This document shows, piece after piece, positions 1 through 10,531 of a DNA stretch of 32,094 bases. Each line of letters opens with the position of its first letter. The stretch's first letter is position 1. The notes below the pieces were generated by a model. That model was not told where the DNA came from. It saw only the letters and a program-made list of their open reading frames with translations, and did not search any database. Made by a program: the position numbers and the translations under genes. Origin of the DNA: Kipferlia bialata (taxonomy: Eukaryota); NCBI GenBank assembly GCA_003568945.1, contig BDIP01000091.1:1-32094 (forward strand), in the 5' to 3' direction.

Positions 1-135
1 CTCCCCCCTCCCCCTCCCCCCCCCCCCCCCCCCCCCCCCCCCCCGCGCCATACCCACCCATACCACATACTCAAAACTCATATTTGTGTGTCTATTCCTA
101 GTAATTATTCTGCTTGATTCCTCTCTCACCATCAG

Positions 136-1154
136 GACTGGTGCAAGAACCTTGACACTAACCTTGTGGTGACCAAGATCATCCTGCAGGTATGTGCATC
201 AGTGCTGTTCTGAGAGGATAACAGTGAATCATACATACATCGTTGAAGACTGGAATCACTGTCACTTCCTTCTCTTGATAGTATCACTGTTATCCATCTG
301 ACCCCCAGGGCGTTGACTTCTTTGGCAAGACCATCCCTCTCTCTCTCTCTCTACATATATGATACACTGTGTCCCCACTAGGCCTAATATCCTCTCTCCT
401 CTCTTTAATCACAGGGTGTCGACTTCTTTGGCAAGACCAGGGTCGGCTTTGCCAAGATGAAGGTGGAGGCCACAAGCAAGTACGTAGACATTAATTAGTA
501 GATGGTTGCCACTTCCTCCTGTCTCCATACACTGGTGTTCTTACCCTCAGGATCTCTGGCTCCCGTGTCCCAGGCATTGTGTTCCTCAGGTGAGTATATC
601 TGTAGTATTATACGTGTATATGTATGTGCACGGAATCCCCCTCCCCCCACTCATCGTGTTTCTCAGGTGAGTGTTCTGTGTAAGCATGGAATCCCCCCCC
701 TCCCCCCTTTCGTTTCCATCCATTCACTGTATACTAGTAGTAGCAGATACCCCATATCTACATGTCTCATTCCAGGGGAGGTGCGGTCGTCGCCCTTGTC
801 ATCTTCAAGTGTGAGGGAGAGGAGTACGCCCTGGTGTGCAAGCAGGTATCAGACTAACATTTCTCCCTTCTCTCATTATACCTCCTGTGTCTTTTTATTA
901 CGTATTATTGTATACTGTGTCCTAACCCCCAGGCCCGTGTCCCCATTGGCTATGCCTCCTATTATACTATATATATGCTTATTTATATAATATATTGATG
1001 TATTATTATATTTATATATACTGTTTATGTGTGCCTCATTATTGTGTAGAATATATATTCTTACCCCCAGGCCCGTGTCCCCATTGGCTATGCCTCTTCT
1101 CTTGAGATCCCAGCTGGCATGCTCGATGGAGAGGGCCACTTCATGGTATATTCA

Positions 1155-1197
<43 letters not shown>

Positions 1198-2738
1198 GTA
1201 TGCTCGATGGAGAGGGCCACTTCATGGTATGTATAATGTCTCTCTCTCTCTCTCTCTCTTTATGTAATATGTGTATAATAACATAAGGGTGTAGCCGTCA
1301 AGGAGCTCCAGGAGGAGACTGGCCTTGAGATCCCCCCCTCTGAGCTGATTGACATGACCCACCTGGTGTACGGACACAAGGAGGGGACTGGTCACCCAAG
1401 CACATACAGGTATAAGTGTATATACTATAGAGTAGTGTATCTGAGCTGATTGACATGACCCACCTGGTATACGGACACAAGNNNNNNNNNNNNNNNNNNN
1501 NNNNNNNNNNNNNNNNNNNNNNNNNNNNNNNNNNNNNNNNNNNNNNNNNNNNNNNNNNNNNNNNNNNNNNNNNNNNNNNNNNNNNNNNNNNNNNNNNNNN
1601 NNNNNNNNCCCACCTGGTGTATGGACACAAGGAGGGGCAGGGTCACCCCTCTACTTACAGGTATATACTGTATGCACTATAGTTCATATATGAGTATTGA
1701 CATGACCCACCTTGTATATGGACACAAGGAGGGGATTGGTCACCCCTCTACTTACAGGTATAGACTATATACTGTATGTATACTACGTGGTATACGGACA
1801 CAAGGAGGGGCAGGGTCACCCTTCCACATACAGGTAGATACTCTAGAGTATATATATGTACATCAGTATAGTATATATATTTGTATATATATACATGGTA
1901 TTCGGACACAAGGAGGGCACCGGTCACCCATCGACATACAGGTATATACTATATACTCTTTGTATATACACTGTATATATGTATACTTGCAGAACACTAC
2001 ATGGTATACGGACACAAGGAAGGACAGGGTCACCCTTCCACATACAGGTTCCTTCCCTCAGTTTCTGAACCCATATACATTTTTTTATCTTGACTCTCTC
2101 TTACTCCTAGGGGTGTGTGCCCCTCTGGCGGTGGGTGTGACGAGTTCCTGAGGTTCTTCCTGCACAGGACAACGGTCACCAAGGAGGTCATCGAGACACT
2201 CAGGTACGATACTCTCTCTCTCTCTCTGTGTCTCTCTCCTAGTTGCATAAAGGGTTTAGTTAGACCTAGGAGGTCATCGAGACACTCAGGTGGGATACTC
2301 TCCCTCCCTCTCTCTCTCTCTCTTACATTAGGGGTTCAGTCAAGGGCGAGGATGCCCATGAGCACATCACCCTGGACGTCCTGCCCCTTATAGACCTGGT
2401 GGCAGAGTCACCTAACGCAGGGTTAGTGTATATACATAAGTGTATACACACACACACACACATATGTATGTCACCCAACGCAGGGTTAGTTTATATATAT
2501 ACCTATATGTATATACACACACACACATATATATATATGTATATACAGAATTGAGATGTTCTGCCCCTGATCGACCTGGTGGCAGAGTCACCCAACGCAG
2601 GGTGAGTGCATGTATAGAGATAATGTCCTGTCTATTATCTGTATTGTGTATAATTCTGTGTCTAACTCTAGATCTGTCATTGCCTACGGTCTCTACAGGC
2701 ACCTCCTGGACACCGGCAAGCTGCCCAAGGAGTACTAG
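136..2738 (+). CDS. NUDX14: Nudix hydrolase, plant NUDX14 / ADP-sugar pyrophosphatase-like; 9 exons visible, N-terminus upstream of the window
   Basis: GT-AG exons 136-189, 415-479, 551-589, 776-845, 1071-1145, 1288-1409, 2111-2203, 2332-2421 and 2672-2738 splice in frame: DWCKNLDTNLVVTKIILQ GVDFFGKTRVGFAKMKVEATSK ISGSRVPGIVFLR GGAVVALVIFKCEGEEYALVCKQ ARVPIGYASSLEIPAGMLDGEGHFM GVAVKELQEETGLEIPPSELIDMT...GVCPSGGGCDEFLRFF...KLPKEY*. Contains a Nudix box (GMLDGEGHFMGVAVKELQEETGL). The GVD.FG, VPGIVF, E.PAGMLD and GGCDE motifs match the AtNUDX14 family as I recall it. Confidence 0.92.
1440..2047 (+). repeat. Intronic array of 5-6 diverged copies of the 3' end of Nudix exon 6 with its donor site
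   Basis: Copies at 1440-1481 (cut by the gap), 1609-1660, 1696-1757, 1785-1833, 1893-1941 and 1999-2047. Each complete copy ends TACAG|GT like the live exon end at 1409, and the copies are separated by TA-rich spacers. Confidence 0.95.
1482..1608. other. Assembly gap (127 N)
   Basis: Run of N inside the exon-end repeat array. Confidence 1.
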
Positions 2739-2895
2739 AGTACAAGTGTAGTAAATTGAGATGGTTTCTTGCAATGTTGACTTGTACTATAGGATACACT
2801 TTAGTGTGGCTAATCTGCCCAAGGAGTACTAGAGTGGTGCAAATGTAGTAAATAGAGAAGATTTCATGCATGTTGACTTGTACTTTAGGATACAT
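2721..2895 (+). repeat. ~94 bp tandem duplication of the Nudix stop codon and 3' flank
   Basis: ctgcccaaggagtactagagt...atgttgacttgtact.taggataca begins at both 2721 and 2815. Confidence 0.9.
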
Positions 2896-2990
2896 ATTGC
2901 TGTGGCTTATGGTACCATTAACTATTTCTCTACTGCACCCAACAGCCATGATGACTGGTTATATTCCACTATTTCTCGTATAGTTATAGT

Positions 2991-5900
2991 CTATTTCTCT
3001 AGTGCATCCAACAGCCTCGTAATCACTGGAATCGGCATGGAGGAGGGTATTCCCAGGGCGGCCAGGGCCTCTCTCCCGTCCCTCCCCTTGCCCCTGCCCC
3101 TCTTCCCCTTGGCACCTCTAGTACCTCTGGTCAGTGTCAGTGTCTGTGACTGGGGTCTAAGTACCCGGATGAGGTCTCTCCTCTCCTCAGCTGAGGCAAC
3201 CAGAATGGGCGACATACCCTGGGGTGAGCCATCTTTGGAGTATGATTTTAGTTCATGAAATATTGCAATAATAATAATGTACCTGCCGGGTGCAGCAACA
3301 GGAGGTTGCAATAGCAACTATAACATACAAGCATGACAGAGAGTGAAAATGAAAAAGGGCACACTCCAGAGAGCAATAGAAACCTTAAGGAGTCTCCGAC
3401 CTGGTCATTGTATCCACATTGATTACACACAGATATATATATATCACCTGAGTCAGTGGCAGGGCCCGTGATGTGTGGGTGCCTAACTCTGTGCCCAGCC
3501 TCTTGGCAAGGACCTAAGGGGTCAGTATCAGCATTAGTATATATACACTCAGACTCTATAATTCTGTGCCCAGTCTCTTGGCAAGGACCTGGGGGGTGAG
3601 GCACAGACACATACTATGGACAGTATAGCTCCACACCTGTCATGTATGCAATATACAACAGATGATATATTCAATATGGTATCATTACCTGGCATGCCGC
3701 GTGTGCCGCAGCCCTGTCCCTGGTGGCAGCAGCTACCAGGGCATCAGTGGCCTGGAGGTAAGGGAGGTGGCATATAGGACATTACTCAATGTGAGTAAAG
3801 AAGTGCAGTAGAGTAGCGTAGTAGTATAGCAGCTACCAGGGCATCAGTGGCCTGGGGGGTCATATATATAGAGAGATCACAATTATGCGGCGTATAAATA
3901 GTAAATGTCGTGCCTTGCTGTCGAGTCTGTCCAGCAGAGCACTCTGCAGTGCTATGCCCACTGAGGATGTGGAGAGAGAGGCGCCCCGGCCAAGAACCTA
4001 GAGATGAGTACTTATCGTGCTGCATATATCGATATCATATATGCACATACACACCAGCGACATGGCTGCTGAGAATGTGTATATATATACAGTATGCACG
4101 TACCTGTGACATGACTGCTGCATAGTCCTGGGCCACTGCATCGCACAGTGCCTCTGCTGCATCCATGGAGGGCCTAGGCACCTCGTCCTCCTCATCCTCC
4201 CCACCAACCTAAGTATCAGTATCAGTATATATATATCGCTATCTAATATCATTGTTTTTACTCTTATTATATACTGATGCTGATACCCACCAACCTTAGG
4301 GGAGGGCACGGTGTGTGTCCGCCGCCTCCTCCGACCGATGGTGGTGAGTGCAGCTATCCTATCCCAGGCCCTGGGTGTCAGTATCATAGTATACATGTAT
4401 AAATATATACACTGTACTGTACCTGGCTACAATGGCGTACGGCCCTGGGAATCAGTACCACAACTAGAACACAGACGCTCATATATATACATATAAAATA
4501 CACATTCTTCAAAGGATACAGTGTAGTAATACTTGCATAATACTATACCTGGCCACTATGGCGTCTGCACACTTTGCCACCACACTCTCGAGTGACTGAC
4601 TCCATGCATCCCTGGCCTCAGACAGGGCAGGGCAGACACCACCCGTACACCCCACACCCCTGGCAGTGAGACTTTCAAACATGAATATAGAACGAATACT
4701 TCTATATCTTTGAACCCCTACCTGGCAGCGATGTCAACCTCATCCAGCCAGGCGTCGATGAAGGATACAACGCCCTGGGGTCAACATCGATACACTATGT
4801 ATAATATAATTCATACCCATACCTGAGCCGATGACACCAATAGTGCCGTGTCGTGTGGGAACACTGAGCTGAGGGTGCCCTGTCTCAGAGCAGATATGGT
4901 GGCTGTGCCTAGTGTCAGTGTCAATGTCAATCAATCTACCTCTATGTATCAGTATCTCTACCTAGATGCACAGACACAAAGGAGTCGAAGCGAGACCGCA
5001 CAGCCAGCAAGGGAGGAGCCGCTGCCTCTGACACATAGACCCTGTGCTCGGGGGAGGAGGGGGCAAAGAGCTGCGCCCTGGAGTCAGATGGAAAGACAAT
5101 ACTTGTAAAGAATAGGTAAAGTACTACACACTGTGATACATGGTACTGATACTGGAGGGGGCAAACAGCTGGGCTCTAGTGTCAGAGAGGGAGACATTTG
5201 TAAACATGAGACAATATATCAGGATTAACAAAGAATAATAATAAAAGAGAAGAGAGAACTATACAAGTAAAAAGACTTCTCACACTACTCTCACCTCCTC
5301 ATTGCCCTGTCCACCCTCTGAGTGACGATTATATATTTACAACACATATACTACTATATATATATAACCATACTCTGGTACCTTCTCATCGCCCTGTCCA
5401 CCCTCTGCATGCACCCGTGTGCCACGCGACACACGCCACTCTCTCCCTCTCTCTCTCTCTCGTTGGCGGTGTCACTGGTCATCGCCTCCCAAGGTGCTCC
5501 CCCGTTGAGGTCTCTGTTGACACTCACAGTAGAGGCCTGGCAGTCATACCTAGAGGTTAGGATATTCATTGCGTAATTATGGAAACATCGCGTAAATATA
5601 GGTACCTCGCGATCCGCTTGACCAGGCCGAGTAGGGACACCACCGAGCGTGACTGGGAGGGCCAGTCTCTGTCTATGCCACTGGTCATAGAGACGGAGGA
5701 GGCACGGTCAGACATCAAATCCCGCCCACTCTCACTGTAGGTACTGTAGGTACTCCCAACGCGTGGTGTCTCTCTCTTCGATGTGTGGTGCCTACCCCCC
5801 TTGACAGCATCGACCACAGCGCATAGCTCTGTCGCCAGCCTCTGTCTGACATGGTTCAGGAGTCTCTCTCTGCCACACCCAGAGGCCTCACCTAGGGAGA

Positions 5901-7961
5901 GGGGGAGAGAGAGAGAGGGTGCAGAGGGGGTGAACATGGCATCCCCGGTCAGTGCATTGAACACTGCACACAGGGTGTCAGCAGAGTCAGAGGAGAGTAA
6001 CACACTGCCAGTGACACTAGAGGGAGTAGTGGTAGGAGTAGTACCCTCCATAGGAGTATCCCCAGCCCTTTCCGTCTCCGAAGCCTGCTCTCTCTCTCCT
6101 AGGACAGAGAGTAGTGCTAGGGCGTCTCTGTGTGCCGCCCCTGTCTGTGCACTGAGGCCACTGATGACAGACAGGGGAGAGGCAACAGGGAGGGAGGAAC
6201 GGTGCTTGGACGCAAGCCTAGAGGTCAGACACTCAATAAATGTTTCACAATATTCAGATATATGCACTAACCTTGCGAGGTGTCCCTTTGACAGTGCCTC
6301 CTGACTGTGACTGGTGCCAGAGAGAGAGGGAGAGGGGGAGGGGGAGGAGCCTCTAACAGAGGGTGACATGAGAGCAGAGGAGGGGGCCTCACTCCCTGTG
6401 CCTGTGCCGGACCAGAGGGTGGACGTGCCAATATGAATGGCAGAGGCAGCAACGGCCCAGCCCTGCAGAGCCATATAGAGCACCCTGGCAAGATCTCCAC
6501 TCCCTTCACTCCCTCCAGTTCCTCCAGTCTCTCTCTCTCCGTCACCAGGTGGTGATAGGAGTCTCTCCAGCAGCACCCCCATCCTGACACCCCTACCCAT
6601 CAGAGGGCAGAGTCTGTCCAATGCGGCATCGTGCACTGCAACTACTCCTGCCGCTGCACCCTTGCCCATGCCTAGGAGGGTCAGAGTCAGTGTCAGAATA
6701 TAGAACAATATACATTAGATATAGGAGTGTCAGTGTCAGTATATAGTACATTATATGATATATAAGATACTGATACTGATACCTAGCAGAGGCGGGAAGA
6801 CCCTCCTCCTCACAGCACCCAGGGCAGGCACAACGGCATCAACGCAGGGGAGACCGGCCTCCTGGCGCATCCTACAGTCAGCACATTTATATACATATAG
6901 AAAGAGAAAGAGAGTGTGTGGGTGTATGGATAAACTGCTGTACCTGACCCCACACATGAGACATGCTGCCAGGTGGGTGAGGGAGAGGACAGCAGGTGAT
7001 GGGGCAGAGTCAGGGTCCACGGTGGAGAGACGGTCACTCAGCCACTCTGGGGCCACGAGTACGTCTCGTAGTGAGGGTGGGGCTGAAACAACAAGAGAGA
7101 GAGAAGAAGAACGAGAGAGAGAGGGGGGGGGTGATACCTGTTGGCACTCCACTCCTACTTGTCCACTTAAGTACTAGAGAGGGAGAGAGAGAGAGGAAGA
7201 GAGAGAGAGACACACACCTGTTGGCACCCCATTCCTACTGGCAGCCTTGAGTGCTGCACTGGTGGCTGTGTCACATGCAGTGAGGGTGGTGTCACACATG
7301 GCATCCCGCATGGCACTAACATCGCTGGAGCCAGGGAGGACAGAGGAGGGGAGGCATGGGGTGAGAGAAGGGGAATATACAGTGGTAGTGAGTAATAGAG
7401 AGAGGGAGAGAGAGGGTAAGGAAGGGGGGGGGGGGGGGACTAGTATATAAGTCTAAGAGAGGCGAGTCCATACCTAGTCTGAGCCTGTACCCCTCCAGCA
7501 CCACTGCATCTTGCACCAGAGTGGCAAGAGTGTCTGCACATGTTAGACCATGACCTAGGGCAGAGGGCAGGGATGACAGGGAGGGGAGATACGCATCACC
7601 GCTGGGTCCCAGTGCCACAGTGTCACAGAGGGTGGAGAGGTCAGACCTGGGGTGGGGATGTGTCACTGAACAGTATATACACATATACACTCGTCACTCT
7701 AACGTACATGGCCTCCAGCAACCCCAGGTGTGCCTCGACTATCTGGCCTGCCCTGCTCGGGTCGTCCAGTCTGGCCCTGTGCGGCACCTCACATACACCA
7801 GAGACACTAGTACCACTAGTACCACTAGATGACGTCACTCCTCCACTTGTACGTGCACCCTCAGAGGCACAGTCCATGGCACACCGGATACCACGCCTGG
7901 CATCCGCTATCTCGGCATCCACAGCATCCAGCTGGGCTGCCAGGTCCGTACCTGACGCCAT
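2991..7961 (-). CDS. Large multi-exon hypothetical protein, predicted helical, no family recognised
   Basis: ATG at 7961 (MASGTDLAAQLDAVDAEIADARRGIRC). A chain of GT-AG exons follows, including a ~1 kb exon inside ORF 5566-6708, QRVDRAMRR|AQLFAPSSPEHRV, LSEARDAWSQSLESVVAKCADAIVAR|AWDRIAALTT, VGGEDEEDEVPRPS and VLAKRLGTELG. The last exon ends ITRLLDALEK* at 2991. Not every internal junction was resolved. Confidence 0.75.
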
Positions 7962-8212
7962 GCCAGTGGCAAGGGGATAGAAGAGAGAGAGAGAGGCAAA
8001 CGAGATGTCATATGTCACCAACCCTTTCACTCCGAATCGCAACAAACTCTCTTGCCACATATATATTGATGTTAGCTGAATGTAACGCAATGACATGCCA
8101 TTCAATGATACACTTCAAGTAACGATTGCCAACCCCTGCTCTTGGGGAGCAAGAATGGACAACCGAAGACTAGAAATGCATAATGCCGCCATATACACCA
8201 TTTCATGTGATC

Positions 8213-8888
8213 TCAAACACGCTTGAATGGTGGGAGTGTCTCTGCACTGTACCAGCCCTGGAAGTGTCTCCTGCCGATGCCGGCTAGACGCAGCAGGGTA
8301 GACTTCTCAGCCGTACTTAGGCAAGAGGGGACACTCTCAGCATCCTCCACCCCCTTGTCTGCCTCTGCGACCAGCTGAGTAGCAGTGGTCATCACCTGTG
8401 GGGTCAGATACTGTACGACATAATAATTGAATAGAGTGTGTATTCATAGAGAGTATATAGAGAGTAAATAGAAGTGGAAAGCGATGGGAGAGTGACAAGA
8501 GAACACTGTAACTCCAGAGAGTTCGTACCTCGTTGAGTGGAGCACGGAATACGACACAGGTGTCTGGGGTCTCACAACGGATACCCTAGTGGTGAGAATA
8601 TAAGAGTTGCAAAGGGCGAAAGAGAGAGAGAGAGAGAGAGAGTCCTAGCAGAGAGAGTGTATGATACCTCTGTCATATCCATGAATGTCTTCCTCTCTCC
8701 ATAGAGGACAGCCAGGGTGTACCCCTCCTTGAGGGTGGGGGCAAGGCGCTTCAGAGACCTGGGATAAGGAGAGCAACAGTATGGGGGGGGGGGGGGGGTT
8801 GTGGAGACCAAAAAAAAAAAAAAGCCAATATTACGTACATATAAATATATCTTTGCTAACAGATTGACTATGAAGGGTACTGAGCCAT
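8213..8888 (-). CDS. Small hypothetical protein (~110 aa, 3-4 exons)
   Basis: In-frame exons SLKRLAPTLKEGYTLAVLYGERKTFMDMTE (from 8758) | GIRCETPDTCVVFRAPLNE | VMTTATQLVAEADKG...TLPPFKRV* (8395-8213). The start at 8888 via an 8-nt first exon is tentative. Confidence 0.55.
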
Positions 8889-8984
8889 TTTCCTCTGCAC
8901 TATAGTATATAGGGTGTCACTATCCTTCATATGTGAGTGTCAGACCTTCATTGACTTCCTTTGACCACTAGTATCTGTCCCGCA

Positions 8985-9515
8985 ATGTCAGATGACTGGC
9001 TGGAGGAGAGTCTGTCTGAACCAGAGACCCACCCTCAGAAGAGGGATGCTGACACACATGAAGAGGGAAGGGTGGACCTGGAGATGAGACAGGTGATTGT
9101 GAGGGAGGAATTGGAGGAGAGGCATCAAGAGACTCTGTCACGTACCAAAGCAGCACTGCAGGAGGAACATGATACCAAGATGCAGCTCGTCGAGGAGTAT
9201 CAGCAGAGACAGATAGAGGAGTATGCGGCTACCTCTACTGGGAATAGTAGACCCTGTGGCACATGTGGGGCCATGTGTACGGATACCTCCTTCTTGCTCT
9301 GCCCCCGGTGCCACCTGCGTCACTGCACCTCACACACTGACAGCATAACTACGTGTTTAGTCTGCAACACGACATACTGTGGGGAGTGCTGGCAGGGGAT
9401 GGAGCCATGCTCTACCTGCAGAACAGTGCACTGCTGCAATGGGGAGCAGACACCCTCCGGTGCTAACATTGCGGGAGACTCTGTACCAGACACCCATGAG
9501 TGCTGGTATGGCTAA
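8985..9515 (+). CDS. Intronless protein: acidic coiled coil followed by a Cys/His-rich putative zinc-binding region
   Basis: ATG at 8985 (MSDDWLEESL). An E/Q/R-rich helix is followed by CGTC, CPRC, HCTSH, CLVC, CGEC and CSTC pairs. AATAAA (9514-9519) overlaps the TAA stop. Confidence 0.75.
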   Translation: MSDDWLEESLSEPETHPQKRDADTHEEGRVDLEMRQVIVREELEERHQETLSRTKAALQEEHDTKMQLVEEYQQRQIEEYAATSTGNSRPCGTCGAMCTDTSFLLCPRCHLRHCTSHTDSITTCLVCNTTYCGECWQGMEPCSTCRTVHCCNGEQTPSGANIAGDSVPDTHECWYG

Positions 9516-10531
9516 TAAAACTCTTTGAATATCCGTGACACAGATAGATTGATATTCGGCGAGTAATCCCAACTCATAATGAGTGAGTCAGTTCCTATCA
9601 GAATACCCATTTTATATATACACCCCACTCTCAACATATGTGGCACATCCGTCTCGCATCGCTCCCGATTCAAGGTGTTGGTTTTCAAGGTGTTGGTTTC
9701 TGCGGGCTGTATAGACCCTCAGTAACAGCCTATTGTTTTTGTCATGAAAGGGTTCTTATTTGTGAGAACATCGTGACAACCACTCTCTAGAGAGAAGTTA
9801 GGGACGCCTTCCGACTCATCCTGGGCACTATAGCAGCTACGACAAACTAGCGCTACCAGTGCCATGCCCTGTGAGGAGGCTCAGAGGCCAGTGGCAGGAG
9901 TGAAGGGTGGGAGGGGGTCGACATGTCAGACAGGTATGACACTCACACTATGAGAGCTGTATCAATTCATGTACGTTGTGCTTCCTCACACAGGTCATCA
10001 TAACATCAGTACTATGATTCACATACTATTTGGCTGTTGTTGGTCCTTCTACCCTGTCTGTGGTGTGTAACTGACAGCGTGTGATGCGTATGTCACGTTG
10101 TCACCCAACATGTCACCCCAGGCATTGGTCATGACGTGTCACAGTTTATGACTGTTAGAGCCCAGCTCCCCTCTCTCTACTCAATCACGTCGGTTCCATG
10201 TCTCGAGGTAACTAGCTGTGTGTGTAAGTATACGATATGTTCCTTTGACTACTATGTTGGATGCCCTCTACAGTTGTCATGCTGACAAGCACTTGACAAC
10301 CACTTGACGAGTACTTGACAAGTTCTGTGGCTGTCAAAACCCACACACAACTGTTCAGATCTCTGCTTTGATGGCACTCCCACACCCAGCTTACCCCTGC
10401 TGCATGCCGTGGCAAGTGCCGCCACATACACCTGACACCTATGGTATGGGATGTACTGGGATACTACATATCTCGCTGCCTCCTTCATTCTGTTGAGCAT
10501 AATATGACATGATTAGCAACATAGATACTCC

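Noticed and set aside
1..44. Poly-C/G runs (also 8783-8798, 20819-20860, 21440-21481, 21551-21568) as G-quadruplexes or poly-Pro/Gly coding
   Set aside because: They lie in introns and may be sequencing or gap-filling artefacts. The poly-Pro/Gly ORFs through them are not credible.
1440..2047. CRISPR-like repeat-spacer appearance
   Set aside because: The repeats are copies of a coding exon end with a splice donor, vary at third codon positions, have low-complexity spacers, and there are no cas genes in this eukaryotic DNA.
502..2151. Long ORFs rich in Y/I/C/V/T in the six-frame track (e.g. 502-990, 1621-2151; similarly 29963-30325)
   Set aside because: They are read-through of (TA)n/(TG)n introns, explained by the spliced gene models.
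5783..6304. Plus-strand 173-aa ORF and similar antisense ORFs within 13644-16838 and 30702-31109
   Set aside because: They are shadows of GC-rich minus-strand exons, with no independent signals.
7700..7961. Similarity of LAAQLDAVDAEI / IVEAHL to CATCHR tethering subunits (Vps53/Vps54/syndetin)
   Set aside because: Generic helical pattern, too short to assign without a profile search.
8809..8823. Poly-A run as a retroelement tail
   Set aside because: No target-site duplication or element body is visible, and it sits next to a poly-G run of doubtful quality.
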